Positions 1-13,089 of a stretch of DNA of 64,000 nt are shown in pieces. The DNA comes from Bugula neritina. Its lineage: Eukaryota; Animalia; Bryozoa. The position numbers were made by a program, and so were the translations under genes. The notes beneath the pieces are model-generated. The model searched no databases. It worked only from the letters and a program-made list of their open reading frames with translations, and was not told the origin of the DNA. The stretch is from the NCBI GenBank assembly GCA_964035545.1, contig OZ037766.1:24420126-24484125 (forward strand), read 5' to 3'. Numbering within the stretch: the first letter of the stretch is position 1; each line of letters starts with the position of its first letter.

Positions 1-56
1 TGTACAGATGAACATCCAACAAAATCACCAATATGTAAATAAGGAGTAATGTCCAC

Positions 57-3000
57 CTGCTTGGCGAGGTTGATGAACTTCTTGACCGACTCTGTGTGCG
101 AGAACTTGGAGACCGGCTGGGGGACTCACTTCTACCGTCCCTAAAAGTCACGCCAATACAGGTTACAATACAAAAAAAACATACAAAATACTCGTATATA
201 TTTAACTCAGGTAGCTGTGAAGCCAATGACACTTTCAAGGGTTGTAAAAATTGCTACAATTATTGCCTGAAGAGCTGAAAGCTAACAAGAAGGCTGCCGG
301 TAGGGCAAGTTGCAGCCCTCCAGTAAATACGACTAGAAGTGGTGGCAGCACTGGCACAGAAATTCATTGTTCCTGTCAAAAAGCTGGCAGCAGCTTACCT
401 CCGCCTGCTAGTGCTGCCTGAGTCTTCCCTAGATTTAGATTTGGTGGAAGGTCTGTCGTAAGGTAAAGCTCGTTCTGGTACACGGCTGCTGTTAAAAGCT
501 CTATCTCGACTACCTCGTCCTCGGTTGGCCCACTGCTTGCCCCTGTTGTGTACTGGTCTGCAAGAATAAACATTTAGAATAAAAAACCCAGTAAATATAT
601 GATATCAAACATGTTATTTACTCTGATTATACAGATTACTAATTAGTTTTAGGACTCCAATATTTTGAAATTATTGTATATGCTCAATTAAAAAGATCAG
701 TGCAGATTAATTTGCAATGCTAGTAAACTTGCAAAAGATATCACAGATCCCTGCAACAAAATAGGCAAAAAGTGTGTAAGAGAAACATACAATCAACTAA
801 AACTGTGACCAACATGGCACACTGATACAAAGAGTGTTACAATCAGGTTAATAAGTTTGCGAGAAATGGCAATACCAAATGTGGACACCCAGCACTATGT
901 TGACACCCAGCACTATGTGGACACCCAGCACTATGCTAACACCCAGCACTATGTTGACACCCAGCACTATGTGGACACCCAGCATTATGTTGACACCCAG
1001 CACTATGTTGACACCCAACATTATGTTGACACCCAGCACTATGTTGACACCCAGCATTATGTGGACACTCAGCATTGGCTACTAAAAAACTAGCCCTATA
1101 CAAAGTGTGAGCCAGTAACGAAATTGAGATACATGCAGGGAAAAAAGAAAGAAAGTTTTGAACCAGGTTTCAAAGCAACAGGGTAAAATCAGTGAGAACA
1201 AAAATTTCTAACCGATTATCTCGCATTCCATGACCTTTGAACGCCCTTGGCTCTGCCTGCTCGTCTCTCAATTTATGCGTTTTTGGAAGCTTGCGTTTGA
1301 TTGGCTTCCTGTTGTCACCCAAGGCTGCATCGGCATCTAAAGCATGAGCTACCACATTGTCAGATGTGAATACAACAAGATTGTTCCATATAGTAAAAAC
1401 ATGTAAATATTAGAAAATCTCCACCTAACAGTGATATACAGACACATTTGCATAACGCACGGCTGTCCTTCGGGCCGTACAACATAATCAAGTTCCACTT
1501 AATGAATACTAAACACGTAAACAACATTATCAACATTTTGCATGAGAACACAACACCTCAAATTGTTTTAAACACTGTTACATGTGAACAGATTTTAGGC
1601 CAAATTATACAGGTAAAATTATACAGGTAACATTATACAGGTAACACTACACATGTAACATTACACAGGTAACATTATACAGGTAACATTATACAGGTAG
1701 TACTATACAGGAAGCACTATACAGGTAACATTATATATAGGTAACACTATACAAGTAGCACTATACAGGTAACACTATAGAGGTAACATTATACAGGTAA
1801 CACTATACAGGTAACATGCCCATAATAAAAACTTACAAGCTTGATTTAGCAGTGCTCCAACACTGGTTAGAGGAGGTGCGGGACATGGCTGTTTTTTCTC
1901 TGCAGACTGGTTTTCATTAGGAAAACTCTTTTGTGGAACTGGGGCTACAGGAAGTATTTCTGCCTGTTGACTAGACATCCTTGGATCTGATAACACACTT
2001 TGATTATCAACCCTTGGATGTGAGGGTACTGAAGGTGCCAGGTGACTCTGAGCCACTCTAGGGTCTACAGGTATCACTCTTGGATCTGCTTGTTTATTCC
2101 TCTGCAGCCTGGGGTCTGGCAAAGTTCGTTGATCTGGATTAACAGTGGTGACAGCCTATAAAAAGAAGTTACAGTGTCCTGAAAGATGCATTATTACCCA
2201 CTCTATCCTAATAAAAACCTATAAACAGAACAACTATAGCTTGTCACTTGACAATTTACTTAACAAGATGTTGAAAAGTAGATAATAATTTCAATAGCTG
2301 CAGTGTCTACTGGCAAGATCTGAACTTACCAGTAAAAGACACTAAAGGAACTACATTGTGAAGTACAAATGCCTACAATGTTATCAAAGCAGAATAATTG
2401 TATACCTGAACTGTAGGATTCACGGCAGCAGGTGGGGCAGAAGCTGCCAGGGCAAGTTTGTTCTGCAACTCAAGCAGCTCTCTCTCCTGCTGCTGCAACT
2501 GGGCCTGAGCCTTAGCCAGTTCCAGCTCTACACGTTTCTGCTCAATTCTCGCTAGTTCCCGCTTTTTCTGTTCAATCTGTGACGCCATATCAGCGGTTTC
2601 TGACGCTATTCTAGCGGAAGACTAAAATATTTTTCAAGTAATTTGATAGACCTTGGAGAAATCAAAAACCATCATTGCAGTCTATTAAATGGTTAGTTTA
2701 ATTGTAAAATACAACAGCCAACAATAAAAAGCTGACAACTACTAGACTACACAGTTGGTTTAAGGTCATTACTTTCCAGATTCAGGCACTGCTTTATGTT
2801 ATATATAAACGGTTTCCAGGGGATAGCTCGAACAGTTTTTGTCTCACATTAACAAATTTTACATGAAAAGATAGCTCTTGCATTCCTCTTTCATATACTT
2901 TTTTAATTTTTCAATAAAAAATTTTTTGAGAAAGTTGTTGCATAATAAGTAAAATTTTACACCCTCCATGTTCCACTGCTGTAGCACAGGGGATTCATTT

Positions 3001-6000
3001 TATAAAGTATAAAAGTTAAACTTGACATTCCTTGATATGTTTTCTCTAATATACTTTCTTTGTTTTTTGAAATTCTGTTTATGCTCTTCACAATTTGGTA
3101 AAAACATACACCATTTTGCAAGTTTCACTGCAATTTTCTAAATTCTTCATATGGTGGTTCTAGCTACGCTCCTGTGACTAATTATAACATTCCTAGTACG
3201 TTTGCCGCTCTGCGCTATCACAATAACGTATAGTACCCTCTCGCACAAATTGGCAGTCTATTGGATTTCTGCCAATATAATGTTCCCTGTTTTACATTAG
3301 CACTTAGCTGAATCATCTCACTATGTTACAATAATATATTGAAAATGCCTCAGCACAACATAATTCTTTGTTTGTTTGGCAGAGTTAATTTCAGCTAAAT
3401 CACTTCACTTTGCAGTCTTGTCAGTAAAGGTCTGTCTATAGAGCAGCAGGTGTACTTTCAGTTTCTCTAATTCACATATGATTATTTTAAGTACATTGTA
3501 TTCTATAAGATCAATTTAAGGTTTAGTCCAGTGTTCAGTATCTAATTATTATGCATGTATGTTGTCTTACTGTTGAACAAAAGTTAAAAAAAACTTTACA
3601 ATTATAGCCATATTTATTATACATGCGTAGGATTTGCATAAGTTGACAAAAAAATTGCGACAAAACAGGGTTGAACCATAACCAACTAACTCCTCGCTGA
3701 CGCCTCTAACCTCTAGACCACGCAGTCATCGTTAATGAGACGCGCACTATATGAGTCACTATCATTACATAAATATTTCGCGCGCAAAAGGGTTATAATT
3801 ATTAGGCTGTCAATTCATGTTGATAGCAGTCAACTGTTGCAATAGTATCGGGTTACTAGCAAAGCTAATGGTTTTGAACAAATAACCCAAAAGTTTAAAA
3901 ATAAGTAGCTTGCGTATTACTAGCTACAAAAACAGGTCTGAAATAGACTGGTAAAGCAAGCTCTTATTGTAGAGTTTGCAGATGTGCTCTAAAATAAAAC
4001 TTAAACTGTATGCTATTACATAAGTATTTGTATGCGAGAGATAAATGGACATTACTGAGTTTCTGGAAAACAACATACTTGAAGTTAACTTTGACAATGG
4101 TGTGTTATTTTCATCATACACTAGCACAGATAGGGCCTATAGCATAAATCTCTAATCATATGAATCTTTATGAAGCCCACAGCTCATGTAAGGGTGGCAA
4201 ATGTAATTTGAAACTAAAAATTATGTTGCTGCATTTTGTCTAAGGTATATTAGAGAGCAGAATTTGGTTTTACTAGCCTGCCCCAACGGCATTCTACAAT
4301 GCAGCTTATATGCTGGCAGTTGTAATAAGTACTGCCAATAGCAAGGTTACTATCACTGCTAGCTCTGTGCAGTATGTAACCTCTTGAATAATTGCGCCAA
4401 TTTTAAACTCTTGGAAGTTGGCCAAGTTATCATATCGCAGCCAGCCACCGGAGACAAAGCATCAGAGCTATTCATATAATATTATACTGATGCACTTGGT
4501 AGCAGAGTGGCTAATCTAATATAGTTCATAGTTCAACACCCTTTACTTTGGGAATACAGCCTCTTTTTTTAGGTTTACCTTACAAAGCATGAAAATATCT
4601 AAACTGATATTCTGATAATTTAGAGGTACATTTTGAAAACTAGGTTAATTGCACTTGTTTGCACAACAACAATAATAAATTAGATATTATGCAGGATAAT
4701 AAAAACACACATAATACTATATAATATATTATAATGATAATAATATAATATTATAAGTACCATTACTGCATTTTATAAATTACATGGTTGCCAAAAAAAT
4801 GTATCACAAATTTTGTAATTATACATCAAAAATAGAACTAGCTAGGCAGCAGGTTAGAATAGAGTAAATTTTTAAAACATGAAATCATGATTTGACTATT
4901 GTTTTATTTAGGCCAACCAACCTAGGAATACAAGATTGGGTTTTAGCTGACAGTTTATAACATTTAGCTTTTGAGCCAGCAGCACTGGCACTTGTGAAGT
5001 ATAGGCAAAGTTAGTGAAGCGAGACTAACAAGCACTCAAATACAAGGCATATTGAGACACAATAACAAGTCAGGAGCGTATAAATTGAAAAGAATGTGGA
5101 AGGGGGACTATGTTTTTCAACAAGCTATAACTTAAACATGAATTGGCTTTTGAAAAAAATAAAAAAGTATATTGGAGAACATAAGTTTCTTTATCTTTTC
5201 ATATTTTTTTTGTTCCTGTGACATTCAACCTGTTCGAGCTATCAGTGGAACATTGTTCATATAGAACATAAAGCACCTGGCAAAGAGCCAGAAAATGAAA
5301 AGTATGACCTTAAACCAACTGTGTAAGTGATAATATATTCTCAATTTATTCTCATCAAAAGACTGTAGAGCAACTTGGTGATGGACTTCCTACTTGTATT
5401 TATCACAATGTAATATGTACTGATCCAGCTTTTCAAAGATGCAATTGTTGATGTGTTTAATAATTGATAGAGAAAGGTATGCAAAGTTTAGCCCCAAGAC
5501 AAAAAGGCGAGTACAAACTCAACAGAAATATTTTTCAACAGTCTCATGAATGACCAAAATTATCAGAGTTCAGCATCTAGCTATGAAACCTGGCATGAGG
5601 AAGCTCAATTACTGCAAACCAGAATCACCTACACATAATTTTGACTGATATGCAATAAGCTAGGCATCTCACTGGAGGAATTTCAATCCCAAATAGTTTT
5701 GATGCCATTCAACTGTAGAAATTAGAATTGAAAAATTTCGAAAAGATATGAAAAAAGAAATTGGAGGTCTTACTGTAGAAGCAGTAGCACCCTGTAGAAA
5801 CCTAGGGTTAACATGGATGGAAGTTGGAGATTTGGGAGTCTCTCTTCTAGGTTCTGGCGCAGGAGCCACTGGCCATGCAGGATCTATTTGGTTGACTCTC
5901 ACATCAAGCGCATACAACTTTCTCGAATTAAGAAGTTCATTCCATGTCTGTCTCAGTTTGAACATGGACTGGCGAGTTCTTTCCTCTACCTAGCAACGCA

Positions 6001-9000
6001 ATGAGTTTTGAGAGGAGTTCGATAGTTAAACTATATAATGAATGCTATTCTGAAAACACAATTTGGCAGTAACAATAACCGTTTTATTGACCAAGTGTAC
6101 AATAAAAGTAATATTTACCTGTTCAAAAACATGACAGAAAACTTTAACTATGTTCTGCTGAAAAAAGCTTGCATAATTAGTGCTCCGCAGGTTCTTTAAT
6201 ATCGAGTCAATAAGGTATAATGATGGTAACTTTTCCGCAGGTTTAGCCTATATAAAACAAAATGTAAATAATGGTGTCACAGAGAATCCTAAAACTCTGT
6301 GAAAGAGATAGGATACAATTCTAAATTCAAGCTATTTCTGACATCAGTGTCAACAGAAAATGTTTTAGAGTGCCACTGAATTGTGAGGCTTCAATTGCCC
6401 ACAAAGTAGGATTTGTAAGTTAATAGTCTAATGCAGAAATATATTTGGTTTTTGTGAAATGTTATTCTTTGCTAAATGCAAGTTGTAATTTGTGAGTGAT
6501 TAATTGAGTTGATTGGAAGACTTAAATAATAAGTCTGCTTAAGAAGTCACAACAGCAGTTTCCTACAATAAGCATGCATCCATTTTTCAACAGAATAGCA
6601 TTTGCTCATTGCAATAGCAAAACATCAGGCTCAATGTAAGTATTCCATCATTCAACCATCATTCAATGCTGTTTATAATTTAAACAACACAAAATCACAT
6701 TACCTCAAAAATACAAGAAACAAAAGAAACAAACTTGAGATTGAAATTATGCAATAATTGTGTCTAAATAAAATCAATTAATTTATAAAAAAAGTGAGTG
6801 ATCACTAAAAGGCCAGGGCCAATAGTGTAGTCATTAGTATATTTATCATAGGCAATAACAACATGTTGGAACATATCAGATAGGTACAAAAGGCAAACTA
6901 AATTTTACATACAAAACTGTTACACTGTTTATATAATTGCTGGAGCTGGATCAGCACCAAATTTTGTCCAAAGCATTGCTTTGCTGCAACAGTTGGTCAT
7001 TTGCTATTGTCCTGGCATAGCTCCTCCCCTTCTGTGGTGACTTGAAGTATCACAAGGCTGATACAGCCAGAACAGTTGCCTTGAGGCACATGGAAGCCTC
7101 CGTAGAACTAAGAACACTACACTTTCTGTGCAACAGCACCAGACAAAGGCGATTTGGGTGAAGCAACCCAAACGGAATTGAAATAAAGAAAACCAAGAGA
7201 AAACAAAATTGCAACATGTCAGGTCCTTTCACTCATTGTTGTTTAGTGCAGAACAATGCCTTTATTACAACTTGTAAAGTTTATTTTGTTGCTTTTTCAT
7301 GTTTCTATTATTAGCATACTAAAGGCTTATATTGAAAGTATATCAAGAGAACTCTGGAAAGAAACAGAAATCCCAGTTGAGCTACAGACCAACTGAGATT
7401 TTTTCTACATTATGTAAAAGATTAGAAGAGATGCAGCTATTTTGGCAGAATAATTTATACTACAAAAATATATTGGAAGATTAACAGACAGTTTGTAAGG
7501 CATATTTATGCACATTTATTCAAGCTGTTCAACAAATATTAGTCAGCAAACATAGACATATAAATGCTAAGAAATAGTGATGGCAAACAAGAGCTTTAAC
7601 AGTACAAACATCAACAACATAATGTTTTGTAAGGCCTAGAGAAATGTCATAAAAATAATGTAATCTCTTGCCACTAAAGTTCCTGTAATGTGGAACTGTC
7701 CAATCAGATGGAGAGGCATCCACATTGAAAAAGTAGCAATCCCTACAACTCATAAACAAGCAAAGATTTACAAAAATTAACTGGTAAATTTCACTGGATT
7801 GCTAAAATATATGGTAGTGCAACCCCGTGTTCTACAGTAGTGAACCAGAATAAAGCCACAGACTCATATGGTATATGAAAATTCCAATTCATTAAATTTA
7901 TAACTACGTGGTTTGATTGTATAACTGTATAACAGAAAGATAACATTCACCAGTATAAAATACAAAACAAATGCAATAGTTTTGGTAAATTTAATGAAAA
8001 ATGAAAGCATAACACTCTGACAGAGTTTAAAAGAAACCCACTCAATGGCGAAAGAAAACCACTGAAGAAATATATACTCTAAAGAAATGTATTGTAGGTT
8101 TGAATAGCACAACATTGAGCACCAGTATTTCCTAACAATTGTATAAACAGGTAAAGACAGCTTTTTCTCACATCATTAGTATAACTACATGTATTTTTTC
8201 AACTTGAAGCAAAGCCTATGTGTAAAAGTATGTATATATTGCTCATTGCTGGTGCATGCATAAAAAATGTGCACTGCACTTCCACAATTGAACACAACTG
8301 TGTAATTGTAATTTTCCAAAAGAAAAAAATGTCTAAATAATGATCAGATTGCATCATATGGTTGAAACAGAGTAGTAAGCATGCATTCGAGTGAAATATA
8401 AATTAAACTTATATAGAGCAATGCTCAATACTAGAATACAACTCCTGCCAAAATGCATTACTAGGAGAGGAAATGTATTTTTATAGTTATTATGCCAAAT
8501 GATTTTAGATAGCCCAGTATTAAATGATAATATAGGTTTCAACACTTCGACACAAGGGACATTGATATAGTTCAAAAGTAAATATAACCTCAATAAGTTG
8601 TAATCTTTGTAATCACTGTCTATTCTCTATACTAATGGAATCAAACTCGAACAACCACATTTCAATTACAAAATTCACATGTAAATAAAATATTGAAAAA
8701 TTTTAACCTTGGCATAACAAATTTGGAAACTGCTTTCTCCATTTCCCTGCTAATGGCTTAGTTTGTTGGATTGGTGAATAGTAGCAATCATTAGACTTGA
8801 AGTTAATTTATTTTACCTACCTACTTTTAGTGAGAAATATAGCTACAGAAGCATAAATCACAAAGTGATATACACTTACAGTAATTACACAAAACTAAAA
8901 GACTAAATAGTAAAGTAGTACTACTAATACTAGCAGTGACTAGTGACTACCTATAATTATCCCTATAGTTACTCCTTCCCCATGCTCATGCTACAGCTAT

Positions 9001-9550
9001 TGGTATTAGCATTACTATGCTATTACTCAAACTGTAAGATAAACATAATTATTATAATATCCTAATGAGTAACTGTAATGATATTGATTGTAATTAATTC
9101 AGATTATAATTATATTATTAAAATTGTTATCATTAAATTTAATGTTATCGGTTGTAGGTCAAACTGGACTACAACTTGGACTACAGTGAACACAGTATTA
9201 ACTATTCAGCATCGGTAAAAACAAGACTGAGACGGGTTAAGTTTAAGTTTAACTTTTAGTTCACTAATACTAATAGTATTTACTATTGACTTAAAATTAA
9301 TGACTATCGAGCAAGAGTTGTGACTCAAACTCAAACTGTATTGATTTTGCAGTCCCGCCAATCCGTCTTCAATGCAAAATATTAAAATTTAGCTTAAAAT
9401 AACCTGAAATATGTGGCTTTCAATAACTTGAACGACTTGCTCGGCATGAGCTTGGTTCTCCTCGGCAAGCATCGTCAACATGCTGATCAAAGGTTTACTG
9501 TTAACCGTCAAGTCATTGAGGGATGAGCGAAAATCGTCTAGCTCACCCAT
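57..9550 (-). CDS. PCF11: Pre-mRNA cleavage complex II protein Pcf11, 5' part (gene continues beyond the left edge)
   Basis: Phase-consistent GT-AG exons: 9404-9550, 6119-6247, 5774-5989, 2406-2621, 1837-2155, 1213-1336, 399-557, 57-140. The translation begins MGELDDFRSSLNDLTVNSKPLISMLTMLAEEN...EKLPSLYLIDSILKN...VFEQVEERTRQSMFKLRQTW...KLYALDVRVNQIDPAWPV...SIHVNPRFL. This is the PCF11 CID domain plus its IHVNP motif, followed by a coiled coil, DPR repeats and an R/S-rich stretch. Confidence 0.95.
879..1076. repeat. 18-bp minisatellite (ATGTTGACACCCAGCACT), about 11 copies, in PCF11 intron 6
   Basis: Direct tandem repeat. It accounts for the periodic ORFs 848-1075, 857-1093 and 879-1085. Confidence 0.95.
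1604..1816. repeat. 14-bp minisatellite (ATTATACAGGTAAC), about 15 copies, in PCF11 intron 5
   Basis: Tandem repeat lying about 20 nt from the exon 5 donor at 1836. Confidence 0.92.
2750..5323. mobile_element. Non-autonomous DNA transposon (about 2.6 kb) with long imperfect TIRs and a TA target-site duplication, in PCF11 intron 3
   Basis: Left end TA|CACAGTTGGTTTAAGGTCAT (2748-2769) is the exact reverse complement of right end ATGACCTTAAACCAACTGTG|TA (5304-5325). Degenerate inverted similarity continues for about 200 bp (e.g. GATAGCTCGAACAG / CTGTTCGAGCTATC). No transposase ORF is visible. Superfamily is unresolved (Tc1/mariner by the TA TSD, or EnSpm-type by the CAC...GTG ends). Confidence 0.85.
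3665..3730 (-). mobile_element. tRNA-like/SINE head fragment nested in the DNA transposon
   Basis: The minus strand reads GTGGTCTAGAGGTTAGAGGCGTCAG...GGTTCAACCCTG, with A-box-like and B-box-like motifs at tRNA spacing. It is too degenerate to be a tRNA gene. Confidence 0.45.
7178..7290 (-). terminator. Candidate intronic polyadenylation signal in PCF11 intron 1
   Basis: Sense strand: AATAAA (7280-7285), then TGTAATAAA (7261-7269, UGUA overlapping a second AAUAAA), then a U/GU-rich tract (7178-7212). Confidence 0.4.
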
Positions 9551-10017
9551 ATTTTTTCTATATATATTTAGAAATCAATGTGACTGTCAGCTCCGCAAAG
9601 TTTTCAATTCATTTAATGGTTGAATTAATATTAAGAGGCGACTGTCACTTCTTTCGCTTTCACCATGATCATGCAGATTGCCTAAGTTGCAAAACTGATA
9701 ATCACCATGATAATGATTCGAGACACAAAATCAACATGGCATCGTTAACGTATCCGGTATCACTGGCCAATGAAAGCGTAAATTACCTATCGAAAGGATA
9801 ACTCCTTAATATAATCAAGCCGTTAGAAAATAGATCTACAGCGACAGCCCAGACTTCAGTTTTAAATCACAGAAATTGTTGCTACGCATAATACACATGT
9901 GGTCTGTAGATACATTTACAATAGGTGTTTTGAAAAGACAACTGACATTGGAAAAATATTTAAGTTGTGAATTTTGATCGTGCACTTTTTATTACATGCA
10001 TATGATGCCATAGTATG

Positions 10018-10219
10018 TGTAATGTGAATGACATTGCATCATGCAGTTATATAACCTGTTTTGTAAATATTATTATAGTTGTGCCGTGTTCCTCTGTGTC
10101 CTAAATCCCCTTTATCTTTGTGGTTTGTATATTGTCAGTCTTAGAAATGTGTTCGTGGTGATCAGTTGTGCGCTCTAAATAAAGATATTTCATTGAACTT
10201 TAAATATAATACTATTACA
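10018..10219 (+). mobile_element. Solo LTR (202 bp) of an LTR retrotransposon
   Basis: TGTAAT...ATTACA inverted termini, a perfect 5-bp TSD GTATG (10013-10017 and 10220-10224), an internal TATA-like TTATATAA near 10048 and AATAAA at 10178-10183. Confidence 0.8.
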
Positions 10220-10610
10220 GTATGTAATTTTCTTTTGCCTAATTGAAAGTAATTGATGAAAATAAAAGGTGGTGTTGAACTAATAATTTTAGCTGCATAC
10301 ACAAATCAGGCAAGATATGTTAAATAACTATATCCTTGCAACAGATAGAATAAGTTGAGAAATGGCATTAGGATGTAAGAGTGTAACAAAATATTTTTAT
10401 CTAATTATTGCAAATCAATTATAGGCAGAACCAGTTTAGTAATAGGCACATACTTTATTTAGAGTAAGATATACTTTGAATTATCAGTAATATTGCTCGA
10501 TAATATGGTAATACAACATTTTTAGAATAAAGCAAGAGGGAAGAACACCATAACAGATCCCATTATCAAATAAGACTATAAAAGAGAAGATGTGGGAGCC
10601 TCTTAGAAGT

Positions 10611-12927
10611 TTACTTTTTGGCTCCACCTTTGGCACCTCTTGGTTCCATAGGCTTGCCAATGTCCTTTCCCCGTAGCTTTACACCTATAATTACAGAGAA
10701 ATGCCTTTACAGATGATATAACAACATACAAAAATAGCCTCGTCATATTTTCGAAAACTAAACTATTTTTTTTCTTTTATTACTCCTTAACTCGTAGCAA
10801 CACAAATTTAACTTTAAGTAAAAATGGCTATGGTAACACTTTGTAAACAAGATAAATTGCTGAACTATTAAAAATATTGATACAGACATAAAAATGACAC
10901 ATACCTAAAGCTCTTTCAATCTTTCCAAGTATTGCATCGTTGGGTATGGCTTTGCCAGCTTCATATTCATTTATTATTTGCGGTTTTTCTGATATTTTCT
11001 ACAACATGAGGTGAGAAATGTTAACACAAAATGTAATTGTTTACAGCTTAGTGAGGGAAACATCCTGAAGACTGTAAACCAGTGAAACATTTGGGTAGAA
11101 CACCGAGCAGCCAGTTTAGTTTACTCAACAAGTATCTCCCATCCACTTACAACTGCTCTGGAATGTTCTAAACATAACTAAAAAAATTTCTCATCTATCA
11201 CCGCTTTCCTGTTCAGGTAGCGGGTCTAAATATAACTAAATTGTGATTACAAAGGTTACTGAAATAAACATAAACTGGCCAAGTGATCAGAGATTTGTAT
11301 GCTAGATTAGGTTGTAAGCAATTGACCATGTAAATGTACCACATTTACAGGGTCAATTGCAATATACTGCTCACTCTACAATCATTTAATCATCAGCAGC
11401 AAATTCTTGTATGTTGGAAATGCCATTAAAAAGTCAGTATGTATGAGGAAAGGATCCCGTACAAAAGCCCCACCCTGTCTAAGTGCTTTACATCCAAACC
11501 ACGACAGTGACTCCCACAGGTTTGCACTAACCCCCCCCCCTCTCTAGACAGTGGTTGTCTTATCCTATTCTAATGACATAACTATTCTGGTGACATATAA
11601 CATCATATTTATAATCAATTGAAGATGAACACATTACATAGTAACTGAAAGTTGTCCATGTTGATGGCACATAGATTTCTACAGATCTTGATGAGAAACT
11701 AAACGCAAAATAACCTGCTACCTATAAAGCAGCAGTTATCAACTAGAGACATTACTTCTTCCAATCTTGTTGAAAAAATAAAAGAAGCCTGAAGAAAAGG
11801 GCAAATACTCACTGTTGCCAGCTCTTTCTGCGTCATTCCTTTGGCTTGTCTTCCTTGCTGCATTGCTCTTGAAACACTCAGAGTTACCTTATCGTGGTGG
11901 AGCTCTTCAGTCTCACGATCGAGTGCAGCTGTGTTTTTAGCGGTTTGATGCTGCGCATTACCCCCAGCTCGATCTGTGAAACAGGTGATAAACTGTAGAT
12001 AGACTATTCAGTCATACAAATGGTAACTGTGTATAAAACATATAGTAATACAACTACTACTGTGTATAAACTATCAAATAATACATATCATAACTTGTAT
12101 ACACTGTCTAAAGATAACTTTAACTAATATAACATTGAGTATAACATACTGTTCCACACAACTGACTAGGTTTCACTTACATTTTTTAGATGTATCAATG
12201 GCTGCTCCAGAACGCATGGCAGCATTCACAGCCTACAAAAATTTTACTGCATAATTAGACATCAATGGGGTACCACCGAACAATGCTGGGGGATTTTCTA
12301 AAAAATGCTTACCACACCTCTGATTTACAGAGAAGAAAAACCATCCTAATCAGGTCTACTGGGCAATCAAATATTTCTAACATACTTCCAGTATGTAATG
12401 CAAATAAGGTTTGTAGTTAACAAGTTTACATAGAAAAACCGGGAGGGGGGGACAATTTCTAAATCAAGTTATGTCAACTGAATATTCTCAAATTATAGCA
12501 TATAGAAATAAACAGTGTTTCAATTGTTGTCCAATTAAAGTGAATGTTAAATGCATATCAGGTGACCATCAGTAGGCAGTATTTAGACTCTGTACTCTGT
12601 GTCTTGAGCACCTAGAAAATCGGTCTTACAACTTCACAATTTCATTGAGTTAGCTTGCTCCACCACCTGACAATCCGATCAATTTGCTTGACTTGACCTC
12701 AAAATAAACTTTTCTGTCTGACCCATACCCTGGCCCAGCATGCCAATAACTTGATTTTAAATTAATTTGACTTGATTTGGGTGTTAATATTCCCAACAGA
12801 GTTGTTGGAAAACAGTTTGTTTATTCTAATTCAATATATACCAACTGACCTGTGTAGATTTAGCTGCTGAGGCCGGCTTACTTTTTCTCAAAACGACAGG
12901 ATCGGTATCATTAGCCCAGTTTGACAT
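10611..12927 (-). CDS. EDF1: Endothelial differentiation-related factor 1 / multiprotein bridging factor 1 (152 aa)
   Basis: Exons 12850-12927, 12181-12232, 11813-11973, 10905-10998 and 10611-10684 (459 nt). Translation [17 protein letters not shown]...[85 protein letters not shown]...*, the MBF1 plus HTH signature. Confidence 0.97.
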
Positions 12928-13089
12928 GGTGAATGTTATGACCTTTTCTGATTCAAATACAAAAATACTTTCTATTACAAAATGCTTAACAGAAACAATG
13001 CTGGTTGCAGATATGCAAATAAGGGATCAAGATCTATTATAATTAATCATTTCTTCAAAAATAAAAAGCTACACAATCACAAAATTTCT

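Noticed and set aside
262-325. Hammerhead-like CTGAAGAG...GAAAG motif in PCF11 intron 7
   Set aside because: It cannot be folded into three stems with a correctly placed GAAA and UH site.
848-1093. Three overlapping periodic ORFs (VDTQHY, LGVNIV, TPSTML repeats)
   Set aside because: They are products of a stop-free 18-bp repeat inside a PCF11 intron, with no splice or homology support.
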